From Squalus acanthias (lineage: Eukaryota): DNA of 64,000 nucleotides. Where the stretch lies: contig CM059432.1 of assembly GCA_030390025.1 (NCBI GenBank), forward strand, positions 11,656,001-11,720,000. The letters are read 5' to 3'. The position numbers and the translations under genes were made by a program. Below, piece by piece: positions 23,851-36,895 of the stretch. The number at the start of each line of letters is the position of its first letter. Position 1 is the stretch's first letter. Below the pieces are notes generated by a model that worked only from the letters and a program-made list of their open reading frames with translations, was not told the DNA's origin and made no database searches.

Positions 23851-24239
23851 TAAGATAGATAGATATTGGTGGATGACAACACCTTCCTTATAAAATAGGA
23901 ATTTTACAAAAATCAACAGTTGCTAATTTTTTCCCCCCATTTTTCAATCAGTAATCCTTGCTGCTTTCGTCCCTCACAGGCTAGTTGAGGTGACAAGTGG
24001 CAGCACATGCAGTACGATGGGTATTCAAGAGCTGGTTACTGTGATGATGAACCTGCTTGCCTAAGTCTTTAACTGTGATTATACACAGAGGGAGGAACAA
24101 TTACACAATTAGTGCCTGCTGCTCCTGTTGTGTCAACAGAACTGGTGTTCTGTGGTGGACGGTCGGGAGTAGGTGGCCCCAAGATTGCCCAACACTGTGA
24201 CAGCACAACTAAAATACCCCAGCACGGATTAGAATCATA

Positions 24240-24723
24240 GGGGTAAAAATTTTAACGCCCCAAAAAAGTTAGCGCCCCTGCGGCCGATTTTCCCAGGTAG
24301 CGTCCCTCTTGGGGCGCTGCGAGCCAATATCGTGGAATATCAAGAAGTGAGTGCCGGGCTCACGGAGAGTGGGGGGGGGGGGGGGGCTTCACGGGGGCCG
24401 GGTTCAGCAGCGGGGGCAGGTGCTGGCAGGCAGCCAGCAACAAAAATGGACGCCCGCCACCTCCCCTTTAACTAGCGCCGGCCCGGCCGTAGGTAGGCCC
24501 CCCTGACCCGGCCGGCGGTAAGTCAGGTGGTACCACCCAATATTACAGCCGGGGCGTGAGCGGGGCGCTGCGCATGGCGATGATGCGATCGCCGGCGGTG
24601 CAGCGCCGCGCGGGGCTAACTGTTAGCGCCGCCGCTAACCTCCCACTGAAGTTCGTGGGAGGTGTTAGCGGCACCGCGCCCAGGCGCTAGTTGATTTGCG
24701 CAAATCAACCGAATTTAGCCCCC
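24240..24723. mobile_element. PIF/Harbinger-type MITE inserted in a CR1 tail
   Basis: Ends GGGGTAAAAATT / AATTTAGCCCCC with 3-bp TSD ATA; related to 6975-7510. Confidence 0.75.
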
Positions 24724-25451
24724 ATAGAAACTTACAGCACAGAAGGAGGCCATTCGGCCCATTGTGTCTGTGCCGGCCGACAAAGAGCTAGCCAGCCCAA
24801 TCCAACTTTCCAGCTCTTGGTCTGTAGCCTTGTAGGTTACAGCACTTCATAGAGTCACAGTAACGGCACAGAAGGAGGCCATTCGGCCCATCGAGTCCGT
24901 GCCGGCTCTCTGTAGAGCAATCCAGCCATTCCCATTCCCCCGCTAGTGTATATCCAAGTACTTTTTAAATGTGATGAGGGTTTCTGCCTCTACCACCCTT
25001 TCAGCGGCGAGTTCCAGACCCCCCACCACCCTCTGGGTGAAAAAAGTTCTCCTCAACTCCCCTCTAATCCTGCTGCCAATTACTTTAAATCTATGGATTT
25101 GGCAAGACTCCGGCAAATCTAGAGATAAGAAGATTAGAATTTTTCCCCACAGTGTAACAGATATGTAGAATATACTTCCAACTTGGATAGTGCCATGCTG
25201 AATAAATCCTTTGAAACGGTCATTGGGCCCGGTTAAGGAAGTGATTAAAATTTATAGGTATATAAGCAATGTTCCCTCTAAGCTGTGCTTTGTTGTGCGC
25301 GGCCTGTTTATTTCAGTGCGCGGTCCCTTTATATGTCTGTGCATGTGCGGTATTTTCAATGGAAGAGCTTGTGAGCAGATTACTGCACAACTGCGCATGC
25401 TCGCAGCTTAGAGGGAGCATTGTATATAAGTACAGATACAGATAAAACCAA

Positions 25452-25781
25452 CTTCTTCTCTTCTTAGGCAGTCCCTCGGAACTGAGGATGACTTGCTTCC
25501 ACATTAAAAATGAGTTCTCAGGTGACTGAGTCCAATGCGGGACCTACAGTCTCTGTCACAGGTGGGGCAGACAGTGGTTGAAGGGTGCGGGTGGGTGGGG
25601 TGCTTGGGTAGACATGCGCTCCTTGCGCTGCCTGCGCTTGGCTTCTGCTTGCTCCCGGCGAAGAGACTCGAGGTGTTTGGCGCCTTCCCGGATGCTTCTC
25701 CTCCACTTTGTGCGGTCTTGGGCCAGGGATTCCCAGGTGTCAGTGGGGATATTGCACTTTTTCAAGGAGGCTTTGAGGGTG
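25452..25781 (-). mobile_element. RTE-clade LINE 3' fragment
   Basis: Encodes LKASLKKCNIPTDTWESLAQDRTKWRRSIREG; (GAA)n tail. Confidence 0.85.
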
Positions 25782-25929
25782 ATAAACCAACAACGTGAGG
25801 AGCACTGTGTGACTCCAGTTCTGTTGTTCGCCTGCGGAATACGACAGGGTTGGCGGAATAATATTAGATCATTTTCTGTGGCATTCTTGTACAATGCAGG
25901 AATAAAATTCCAGATTTAGGGATAAAACC

Positions 25930-26272
25930 ATGAGGGGTCTAGACAGAGTAGAGAGAGAGAAACTGTTCCCATTGGCGGAAGGGTCGAGAACCAGAGGACA
26001 CAGATTTAAGGTGATTGGCAGAAGAACCAAAGGCGACATGAGGAAAAACTTTTTTACGCAGCGAGTGGCTATGATCTGGAATGCACTGCCTGAGAGGTTG
26101 GTGGTGGCAGATTCAATCTTGGCTTTCTAAAGGGAATTGGATAAGTACCTGAAGGAAATTTTTTTTGCAAGGCTATGGTGGAGTGGGACTAGCTGAAGTG
26201 CTCTTGCAGAGATCCGGGACGGGCTCGACGGGCCGAATGGCCTCCTTCTATGCTGTAACCATTCTATGATTC
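25930..26272 (+). mobile_element. CR1-clade LINE 3' fragment
   Basis: Encodes MRGLDRVEREKLFPLAEGSRTRGH...FFTQRV. Confidence 0.85.
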
Positions 26273-26634
26273 AAAAATGCAGGGAATTTCCTGTTCTTGG
26301 AAGTGCGGCCTATGATTACTCAGTTCTTTCAAAGCATTAGATAAATGAGGGAAAGTCCATGACAGTAAAATTACACACATTCTACTAAGGGATGGACTCG
26401 ATGGGCTGAATGATCTGTCCTTGTAATGTAACAGCAGCACCCTTTAAATGCTGTTGAGACGTTGTTGGTGTAGATTTACAGTGAAATAATCGGCAGTTGA
26501 TTGCAAGGAAATTGTGGATGCTGTTTCCAACCCTGAAATAATTATCTGTCACTGGAAAACAAGCATCAGTGATGATCTCGCAATAATGCAGACAGTTCTG
26601 ACCTACAGATAGACACTGCGAACAGTTCAGTAAC

Positions 26635-28122
26635 GGCCCGGAACTTGCAGTCCTGATGGTGACAATTTGGCAGCATTCGCCGCCATTTCGCCTTTGAAAC
26701 TGACCCCAGCTTCAGGATTTAGCGCGCGCGCAGCCTAACGCGAAAAACCCTGAAGGTGCGGTCTGTCATTCACTGCTCCTCCGCAGGCTGCGCTGTCCCC
26801 CCCCCACCCCCACCCCCAGAGCCGGCAGTCAATCAAATCGCTGATCTGAAGAAAACGTCTCCTTTTCCCAACGAATATTGCTGTTGGACACCCCATAAAA
26901 AGTTAGACCCATTCAAATAAGGTGTAACTGTTTTTTTTTACGGTGATCCGAGTAATAATGACTGATAAACAACTGTTCTGGGCCCTGAAAAACTAATTTT
27001 ATATTGGTGGAATGTCAAATTTCTCCATTAAGTTAAGAATTATTAGGGGGAAAAATTCGGTTGGTTTTGCGCCTCCCGTTAACGCCTCTGGGGGACGCTA
27101 ACGGGGCGCTAGGAACTTAGCGCCCGAGCGTGGCGATTTTAGCGCCGCTCGCGAAATTGACCAGTCGTTTTTGCGGCGGCACTAAACACTACCGCCAAGA
27201 TCTCTTGCGCCCGCAGATCGTGACTTCGGTCGAGCGAGCAACGCCCCGGACCGGATATTGAGCCGCGCCCCCTGCCTTAGCGCCAGCCGCTAGGAACGAC
27301 AGGTAGAGGGGAACGTTTTCAAGTCGGGAAGGGGATGGGGGAGCGCTATTTAAAGGCGGGCACTTCCTGCCTTTTGTCGGCAAAATTTTTGGTACACGCT
27401 TTTGAGGTTCCTAAACGCCGAGCTCTTTCCCTGGGCCGATCCATTAGTGTTTCAGACACAATTGCTTTCGAGGTCTCTCCAGGCCGAGATTCAAGGCTGC
27501 AATGAGCAGGGAGTGGCTGGCCAGCAAGATGGCCCCTCCCCTTTAAGAACAGGACGGCGCCAGTCTGTCTGGCTTCCATGGTAACCGACATCGCCTGAGC
27601 TTCGGTAGTGTTCTGAGGTAGCGCCTCGCTCCTTGACGTTTGCGCCTTAAGAGAGGTGTGTAGCGCCTGATTTAGCGCTCAAATCACCTCCAGGGGGCGA
27701 TAGAAGCGAATTTTGTAGTCTGAGGCGATAATTAGCGTCGGGCACTAAACTTTGCCCCCGGCCGATATTAGCGCCCCAAAATGGGCGATACCGAAATTTT
27801 CCCCCTTAGACTTCAAAATTAATTTTAAAAATTGTCTTTTTTAAAATCTGCCCATGATATTTCAGCTTCTACCTTAACCCAATGAATGTAAAAAAAAAAA
27901 TCTTTATTTCGCTCTCTGTAAATTTTTTAAAAAGTGATTGATTATTAGTGCTCTCTACATCCTGGTTCCCTGTCTGTGGAAATTTTGCGTCGTGATTGGC
28001 TGCTTAGACAGCTTGCTGACGTCACAGCAGCTCGCGCTATGGGATTCCCACTAAACTGCGCCGATTCCTGCTGCATGTCGGAAAAGCCCGGACTTCTCGC
28101 CACTGACCGTGAGTTGCGGGCC
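26635..28122. mobile_element. Older Harbinger-type MITE hosting a nested younger MITE
   Basis: Imperfect TIRs GGCCCGGAACTTGC / GTGAGTTGCGGGCC; TSD not preserved. Confidence 0.5.
27046..27805. mobile_element. PIF/Harbinger-type MITE, 760 bp
   Basis: TIRs GGGGGAAAAATTCGG / CCGAAATTTTCCCCC; TSD TTA at 27043-27045 and 27806-27808; CpG-rich. Confidence 0.85.
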
Positions 28123-28693
28123 AGTAGCCTCAGCGAAGCTGCTGATTTGGGCTGTCCTGCGGTTCATACGGCCAAGTAGCAGATTAATGAAGGTGAGGGA
28201 GAGAAGGGAGTGGGACGTGCAGATTTTCAGCTGCAGTTCATGTGGCTGAGCAGAAGAAGGTTTGTTTTGACTTTGAGTCAAGATAATGAGGCACGAACAT
28301 GCGAGCTCAGTTTTGGCTGGAGTTTAAAGGGAAAAGTCTGGGAATAGATACAAAACAAAGTCGGCAGTTTTAAGATGTCGAGAAAGTGGTTATTAATGCA
28401 TCCTAATGAAGCCCTTTTTAAGCAGCTTATAATTTTTGTGCACGTTTGTGTGAAATGAGAGTCATTTTGTGGAAATTCTGTGATTATTACTGACAATTAA
28501 CTTATATGTTCGTGTTAGCAAGAAGCTAGAATTGAAGCAAATTGTGTGGTTAAATATTTTATAAATATATAGCATGCGTAATATTGTATAAATACATAAC
28601 ATGTATAATATTTTATTTATATAGCAGATATGATATTTTGCATATATATAGCATGTATAATATTTTATAAATATAGCACGTATCATATAAATA

Positions 28694-29335
28694 TCTTCTT
28701 CTTAGGCAGTCCCTCGGAACCGAGGATGACTTGCTTCCACATTAAAAATGAGTTCTCAGGTGACTGATGAGTCCAATGCGGGACCTACAGTCTCTGTCAC
28801 AGGTGGGGCAGACGGTGGTTGAAGGGGCGGGTGGGTGGGGTGCTTGGGTTGACGTGCGCTCCTTCCGCTGTTTGCGCTTGGCTTCCGCTTGCTCCCGGCG
28901 AAGAGACTCGAGGTGTTCGGCGCCTTCCCGGATGCTTCTCCTCCACTTTGAGCGGTCTTGGGCCAGGGATTTCCAGGTGTCGGTGGGGATGTTGCACTTT
29001 TTCAAGGAGGCTTTGAGGGTGTCCTTGAAGCGTTTCCTCTGCCCACCTGGGGCTCTCTTGCCGTGTCGGAGCTCCGAGTAGAGCGCTTGTTTTGGGAGTC
29101 TCATATTGGGCATGCGGACGATGTGGGCATGCGGACGATGTGGCCCGTCCATCGGAGCTGATCGAGCGTGGTCAAAGCTTCGATGCTGGGGATGTTGGCC
29201 TGAGCGAGAACACTGACGTCAAACCATCGTCAACACCTTCACTGAAGCATATGAGAGCATGGGCCTTACACTAAACATCTGTAAGACAAAGGCCCTCTAC
29301 CAGCCTGCCCCCGCCCCGATTATCAAAATCCACAT
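28694..29335 (-). mobile_element. RTE-clade LINE 3' part with an inverted 5' segment (29220-29335)
   Basis: ORF 28742-29152 ends CPTCDRDCRSRIGLISHLRTHF; 29220-29335 matches 53965-54095 in the opposite orientation. Confidence 0.85.
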
Positions 29336-29974
29336 TGTAATGTAAGAAACGCGGCAGCCAATTTGTGCACAGCAAGCTTCCACAGACAGCAATGTGACAA
29401 TGACCAGATAATCTGTTTTAGTGCCACGGGATCTTTTACGTCCACCTGAGAGGGCAGACGGGGCTTCGGTTTAACGTCCCATCCAAAAGACGGCACCTCC
29501 GACAGTGCAGCACTCCCTCAGCACTGCACTGGAGTGTCAGCCTGGATCGAACAGGTGAAGGTAATTAGCCGAAGCTGGGGGCTCATAGCTGGTTGTCTTC
29601 GATTTGACCAGTTTTAAGCTGGACAAAGTTTAGGTTGATCCAGGTCTTTGGTCAGCTAGGCAGCTTGAGAGAACGGCAACAGCAGCAGCAGTGAGTTCAA
29701 TGGAGGAGGCGATGCAGAGCTCACTATATTCAGCATTACTGAATACGCACTAATGAGCAAAACACTGTTGTTTTACGGACATGACGCCTGGCCATTACTG
29801 TGCTAAATACAATTTTTGGATTATCGGATGCAAGTACTTTGACAAAAACAATAGCCAGAGTTTCATATATTCACTCAAATAATTTGAGGTGTCATTAAGT
29901 TACTATTTTTACTGGGAAATGAGACACCCTTACAGCCACTGTGCCCAGTGGTACTTTACATAAGAGTACACAGG

Positions 29975-30442
29975 ATTACATAGTATATACGGCACAGAAA
30001 CAAGCCATTCGGCCCAACCAGTCCATGCCGGCGTTTATGCTCCACTCGAGCCTCCTCCTGTCTTTCCTCATCTAAATCTATCCGCATAACCCTCGATTCC
30101 CTTCTCCCTCATATGCTTGTCCCCTTAAATGCATCTATACTTTTCGCTTCAACCACTCCCTGTGGTAGCGAGTTCCACATTCTCACCACTCTCTGGGTAA
30201 AGAAGTTTCTTCTGAATCCCCTATTTGATTTCTTGGTGACTATCTTATATTGATGGTCTTTAGTTATGCTCTTCCCCACAAGTGGAAACATTCTCTCTGT
30301 ATCCACTCTATCAAAACCTTTCATAATTTTAAAGACCTCTATTAGGTCACCCCTCAGCCTTTTTTCAAGAGAAAAGAGTCCCAGCCTGTTCATCCTTTCC
30401 TGATAGGTATACCCTCGCATTTCTGGTATCATCCTTGTAAAT
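29975..30442 (-). mobile_element. CR1-clade LINE 3' fragment
   Basis: ORF 30109-30432 is a CR1 C-terminus. Confidence 0.87.
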
Positions 30443-31189
30443 AGCCATATAGCCCTCAGACTTTCAACGTAACAGGAGTATCATTACATTCGGTAATGAA
30501 GCATTAACTTAAGAGATTTGAGTTTAAAAAAAATCTATAAACAGAATTTCATTATAAGCATGTGCTGTTAATGGGTTTCTTTTATAATGGTCTTCATTTT
30601 ATTCCATTTCATTTTCCACATCCATTTAATGTAATAGTCCATTACCACGGCCACCTACTTCTTCTACACAAGGTTGCCCGCCTGTGCCCTTATCCAACAC
30701 CCATCACTGAAATCCCCATCTGTGTCTTTGCCACCTCCAAGGTTTCTCAAATGCTCTCCATGCGGACCTCCTCAGCCCCACCTTACACAGACTCCGACTC
30801 TACCAGAAAGCTGCTGCTCATATCCTAGCCTGCGACAAGTCCCACAGTCCCATTATCCCCATCCTGGTCGACCTCCAATGGCCTCCGCAGAAAGAAAGAA
30901 CTTGCGATTTATTTGGCACTTTATCTAATGTCCTGAGGATGTCCCAAAGCGCTTGACGACTGAGGGATTACTTATGGCCACTGCTGGTTTGTAGGCAAAC
31001 ACGGCCGACAGCTCACCGCAAGGCCCCACAAACAGCAAATGAGACGGAATACCGGTTATTCTGCTTTGATTGTGTCAGTTGGGGTTAGGGAAGTTAGCCA
31101 CCTCACCGGGAGAACTCTCTCTTCCTCTTGCAGTCGTGAAATCCTCCTCCTTGTTTTCGAATTCCTCTGCGGCCTCACTCCTCCTAACT

Positions 31190-32005
31190 ACAACAACACC
31201 AACAACTTGTATTTCTATAGCGCCTTTAAAGTAATAAAATGTCCCAAGGTGCTTCACAGGAGCGTCATAAAACAAAATTTGACACCGAGCCACATAAGGA
31301 GAAATTAGGGTAGGTGACTAAAAGCTTGGTCAAAGAGGTAGGTTTTAAGGAGCGTCTTAAAGGAGGAAAGAGAGGTAGAGATGTTTAGGGAGGCAATTCC
31401 AGAGCTTCAGGCCTTGACAGCTGAAGGCACGGCCACCAATGGTCGAGCGATTGTAATCAGGGATGCTCAAGAGGCCAGAATTAGAGGAGCGCAGATATCT
31501 CGGGGGGGTTGTGGGGCTGGAGGCGATTACAGAGCTAGGCAGGGGTGAGGCCGTGGAGGGATTTGAAAACAAGGATGAGAATTTTAAAACCAGGAGCCAA
31601 TATAGGTCAGTGAGCACAGGGGCGATGGGCGAACGGGACTTGGTGCGTGTTAGGACACGGGCAGCCGAGTTTTGGATGACCTCAAGTTTACGTAGGGTAG
31701 AACGTGGGAGGCTAGCCAGGAGTGCATTGGAATAGTCAAGTCTAGAGGTAACAAAGGCATCGACGAGGGTTTCAGCAGCGGATGAGCTGAGGCAGGGGCT
31801 GCGACAGGCGATGTTATGGAGGTGGAAATCGGAAATAGTGATGTCGTGGACATGTGGTCGGAAGGTCATTTCAGGGTCAAATATGTCTCCAAGGTTGTGA
31901 ACAGTGTGGTTCAGACAGTGGCCAGGGAGTGTGGTAGAGTCGGTGGCTAGGGAACGGAGTTGGTGGCGGGGACCGAAGACAATGGCTTCGGTCTTCCCAA
32001 TATGC
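31190..32005 (-). mobile_element. L2-clade LINE 3' fragment
   Basis: Encodes KTEAIVFG...AFVTSRLDYSNALL...IQNSAAR...GGRAFS; (TTG)n-type tail. Confidence 0.88.
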
Positions 32006-32784
32006 AATCTTCTCCAGCCCTATATCCCAGAACACACCCACTGCGCTTCCAGATCTGAGTCAGTGGCAAAGCTTTTATCCATCGTATTCTTTCACCCTGG
32101 AATCCTCTTCCTAAACTTCCCTTGTCCTTGTTAAGCTCGCCCCCTCCCTTCGTAAATCTCCTTAATAACTAGATTTCACCACGTCTTCAACTTACTTTCT
32201 TCTTTCTGTTCACCCGCTACCCTTCCAAACTCCCGGGGAACTTTCTGTACCTGAGTTCCAGCTAAATTCACCGCCCTTCCGCTGCACTCCCACTGGTACT
32301 AATTACAGGATGCACAGCCCCAACTCGCCAAGGCTTCTTCGACACGACCTCCCAAACCCGCGATCGCCACCTCCTAGCTGGACAAGGGCAGCAGGCCCAT
32401 GGGAACACCACCACCACAAAGATCCCCCTCCAAATCACACACCATCCTGACTTGGAAATATATCGCCGTTCCTTCATCGTCGCTGGGTCAAACTCCTGGA
32501 ACTCCCTCCCTAACAGCGCTGTGGGAGCACCTTCACCACACGGACTGCAGCGGTTCAAGAAGGCGTCTCACCACCACCTTCTCAAGGGCAATTAGGGATG
32601 GGCAATAAATGCTGGCCTTGCCACGACGCTCACATCCCGAGAATGAATTTTAAAAATGACAGCGCGTGTATGCTAGAAGGGCCGTGGTTTTTTGGGCCCA
32701 TTTTTAAAAACATAATGCTACTAGACTGATTTCATTAGTTCTGCTCCTTGCTATTTCTAACCATTTATGAAGGCAGATTATTAT

Positions 32785-33250
32785 AGAATCGAATCATAGA
32801 ATGGTGACAGCACGGAAGGAGGCCATTCGGCTCGTCGAGCCCGTGCTGGCTCTCTGCAAGTGCACTTCAGCTAGTCTCACACCTCCGCCCTTTCCCCGTA
32901 GCCCTGCAAATTTCTTTCCTTCAGATACTTATCCAACCCCCTTTTGAAAACCGTGATTGAATCTGCCTCCACCACCCTTTCAGGCAGTGCATTCCAGATC
33001 CTAACCACTCACTGCGTAAAAAAGTTTTTTCTTACATCGCCTTTGGTTCTTCTGCCAATCACCTTAAATCTGTGTCCTCTGGTTCTCGACCCTTTCGCCA
33101 ATGGGAACAGTTTCTCTCTCTCTACTCTGTCCAGAGCCCTCATGATTTTGAACACCTCTATCAAATCTCCTCTCAATCTTCTCTGCTCTAAGGAGAACAA
33201 CCCCCAGCTTCTCCAGTCTATCCACATAACTGAAGTCCCTCATTCCTGGA
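32785..33250 (-). mobile_element. CR1-clade LINE 3' fragment
   Basis: Encodes SLEQRRLRGDLIEVFKIM...FFTQ. Confidence 0.85.
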
Positions 33251-33437
33251 AAGTTTTTTGAAATTGCTGATTTTGGAAATGTGATGGACAAAACGGGTAG
33301 AATTTCTGTCAGTTTCCTCGTCTCCCACTGTAGCTCTCTTGATTTCCCGTCAACGTTACGGTGGGAGATCGGGAGAATCCCCGCGGAAACCCCCAGAGGG
33401 CTGTGGATGCTCAGTCAATGAGTATATTCAAGACTGA

Positions 33438-33933
33438 TGTTGGTGAAAAATGAATTCACTCGAGTCTGTCTCAAAGCAGAAGATCACAGTTTATTTAACA
33501 GAGCGCTCTGGGAGAAGAGCTATAGACCCCGCGGTCTAGTGATCCACTTCTCGTCGTTACAGTGGTCTCGGAACTTCTTTTATACATTATAGGGTCGGAT
33601 ACGCAATTCATTACATACAAATGTCTTCACCCAATCACATTCCCCCAGCAACAAGCGCCTAATTTTAAACTGCACTTTAAGCTATATTTTTACTTCCCTA
33701 ACGAAACTATAGACATCGGAATGTTGTGTCACCTCTGTCTAGTCGGACTGGCTGGTCATGCGGTGATTGGTTCTCAAATGTAACCGTTGTACTGTTATTA
33801 ACTTAGTGGGCCTCGCACGTACGCATGTTGACCACAGACATTACTCATCGCACTGTGTCAACGAAACCATTCTGTATTTACGAATTTACCTTTTATATTA
33901 CACTCTTTAAGCCCTATAATTTTTACTCTAACA
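33438..33933 (-). mobile_element. Solo LTR, 496 bp, inside a CR1 3' end
   Basis: Ends TGTT...AACA with 4-bp TSD CTGA (33434-33437 / 33934-33937). Minus strand has CCAAT (~33768), TATAAAAG (~33580) and AATAAA (~33492). Removing it restores CR1 AAGACTGAGATCGAT, as seen at 62821. Confidence 0.88.
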
Positions 33934-34364
33934 CTGAGATCGATAAGATTTTTGGACACTAAGGGAACCAAGGGATTTGGGGATAGGGCGAGAAAGTGGG
34001 AGTTGAGGTAGAAGATCAGCCATGATCTTATTGAATGGCGGAGCAGGCTCAAAGGGCCGAATGGCCTACTCCTGCTCCTATTTCTTATGTTCTTATGTTC
34101 AAACGTGGTTACGGTGAGTCGGAGAATATATTGTTGCTAGGCGGGGGAAGGGGCAACGAATGCCAGTTTACGCTGAAAGATGTGGAAAGGAGTGAGAGTG
34201 GTTTTCAGAGACCGCAAAGCAAGTGTTCTTTGATTGGTGCCTGGAAAATAACTAAGTATTGTTCTCTTCCCCTCTACAGCTAGATAAGTTAAAGCGTTCC
34301 CTCGCATACCACATTTGTGTTACCATGGGAAGAAAGGGAAATTTGGAAAGCAACGTGATGGCTC

Positions 34365-34740
34365 AGTCTGACACTCCAGTGCAGTGCTGAGGGAGCGCTA
34401 AACTATCGGAGTTGTCACTTTCGGATGAGACATTAAACTGAGGCCCTGTCTGCCCTCTCAGGTGGACATAAACGATCCTGTGCCACCATTTAGAAGAGGA
34501 GCAGGGGAGTTCTCCCCAGTGTCCTGGGGCCAATACTTATCCCTCAATCAACATCACTAAAGAAACAGATTATCTGGTCATTCTCGCGTTGCTGTTCGTG
34601 GGATCTTGCTGTGTGCAAATTGGCTGCCGCGTTTCCTACACTACTACAGTGACTACACTTCAAAAAGTACTTCATTGGCTGTAAAGCGCTTTGGGACGTC
34701 CGGTGGGCGCGAAAGGCGCTGTAGAAATGCAGGTTCTTTC
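34365..34740 (+). mobile_element. DeuSINE (SacSINE1-type)
   Basis: Deu-domain and tail. Confidence 0.8.
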
Positions 34741-35050
34741 TTGTTGGCCGACACTTGTGACAGAAATGATGCAGGGTCAGACTGCCCGCCCAACAGCACA
34801 AAAGGTGCAGCCTACACTCGGCCCATCGCAGGGCTGAGCTGCCATGAGACGAGGGCCGCCTCAGTCCCAATAGATGCTCCTATTGGACTGCAGCAGCCAG
34901 CCATCTCTGCACTCCCACCACTCAGGTAGCACCTAGGAGAAGCGCAGTTTAAGAGTCACATTAGTAGCACCAAGGGAAAGCACATTGGGTTAGAGGCTCG
35001 CATGCCCGCACACACAATTAGTTTGAATAAAATTACGGTGACACTGAAGT

Positions 35051-35072
35051 TGTGTGTGTGTGTGTGTGTGTG
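35051..35072. repeat. (GT)n microsatellite
   Basis: About 10 GT units. Confidence 0.9.
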
Positions 35073-35738
35073 GACATTGTTCTTGAAAAGGCCGTTCTCA
35101 CTGGGTGGCATGAATATGAGCTTTGTTCCTTATTGCACATAGAGGCAGATCTGCGGATGGTGGCATATTTATGGATGGAAGGTGGAGGATGTAGACAGGG
35201 CTGTCAATCCATTGGAAAAATGTCGTAGCGAAAGGGAGGTCTGTATGAGACTGGTGGGAATGCCTTTTGCAGCTGCAAAAGGGTTATTTTACGCATCCTC
35301 TTCAAACTGCTGCTGCACATCTGGCTGATACGCCTGTTGTCCTTGGGGCTCCATGATGAGCCTGTTTAGTGAGGAACAGTTCTGGATTCAACCTGAAGTG
35401 TGCATTCAACATGTCAGTGGTGGGCTTTATTGCATCTATGCTCATCTCGGGCCCTGGGATGTGGGGCAGAGTACCATCAGCCATGGCTGCACAGGAGAAC
35501 CTTAATCAGCCGAGACTGGCCTTTCTGGCTGAAAGAGTACTGCCACATTGGACTAGCTTCGAATGAAGGCATCATGGCAACTTGTAAGGAAGTGAGCATC
35601 CAGGAGCATTCATGCTGTTCTGTATGTTGCAGAATTAGGGAGCAGGACTGTGCCAGGTGTGCACCTGGGCCATTCAGATCTCTCCTCTAACTGGTGCAGT
35701 GCACAGGTGACACAGAAGACAATCAATCTGAATATATT

Positions 35739-36504
35739 GGCCCAAAAATTCAGCCGTTCCCGGGTGAGTACACAGTCCGTACTCACCCGTATTCATTCCC
35801 GAAGTGCCGGTTTCCTGCATGCATTGCGCATGCGCGGGAAACCGGAACTTCCGGTATGGTGAAGGGGGCGGTTCCTAGGTGAACCGCGTGCACGGTAGAG
35901 GCTGCACGCACGCAGCAAACTTAGATTTTTTTTCAGGTTTCAACGCGAGGGTAAGTATTGAAGATTCTACGCTAGTAAAAAGGAGGCGCAAGACCCCTTT
36001 TGAACAAGGTAAGTAGTTAATTAAGTATAATTTAAAAAAAATTTCAACAGGTTTATCTTTTTTAGATACTTTGAAGAAAGGTAAGTTTATTTTTATAACT
36101 TTTAAAAAGATCTTTAATTTTTTCAAAAATTTAAATTTTTGTTTAAAGTGGTTAATTTATTTAACTATAGTTATTTTATAAATGTGATGGTTTTTAAAAA
36201 AAAAATTATTTGAAGTTTAGCTGTTCTTTTGGGGCTGATTTCAATTCACAGATTTGACAGGTCTCCTGTCAAATCTATGAAGGAAAGATGGTCTGCTGCC
36301 ATTGGCTCTCCATGGCCCACGTGATCCCAGGGGTCGCATCGCACTAACTGCGCCCCTGGGACACGCAAGCACTGCGCGCCGGCAGTTGGGAGAGGCCTGG
36401 GACCCGAAGTTCCCGTGGGCCCAAAACACAACGTCAGGCGCGGTGGGTAAGAGCGCGCGCGATCCTTACCCCCGCGGCAAGCCGGCCACGCGAATTTCTA
36501 GGCC
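35739..36504. mobile_element. PIF/Harbinger-type MITE related to 20449-21177 (opposite orientation)
   Basis: TIRs GGCCCAAAAATTC / GAATTTCTAGGCC; flanks ATT/AAT; shares the GGCCCACGTGATCCCAGGG motif and AT-rich core. Confidence 0.7.
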
Positions 36505-36549
36505 AATTCCGCTGCTAAAGTGTGTGTGCGTCCCTCTGCGAACCAATGC

Positions 36550-36895
36550 CGTGGCGCTTCACAGGAGTGTTATCAAATCAAATTTGACACCGAGTCACAT
36601 CAGGATATATTAGGACAGGCTTGGTCAAACAGGTAGGTTTTAAGGAGCGTCTTAAAGGATGAGAGAGAGGTCGAGAGGTGGAGAGGTTTAGGGAGGGAAC
36701 TTCAGATCTTAGGGCCCAGGCAGCTGAAGGCACAGCCGTCAATGGTGGAGCGATGAAAATCGGGGATGCTCAAGAGGCCAGGATTGGAGAAACGCAGAGA
36801 TCTCGGAGGGTTGTAGGGGTGGAGGAGGTTACTGAGATCGGGAAGGGCGAGGCCATGGAAGGATTTGAAAACACAGATGAGTATTTTAAAATCTA
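36550..36895 (-). mobile_element. L2 LINE 3' fragment
   Basis: Same 3' sequence as 31250-31590. Confidence 0.8.

Noticed and set aside
28550..28693. AT-rich degenerate repeat as a functional element
   Set aside because: Low-complexity TA-rich sequence next to an RTE tail, with no further structure.
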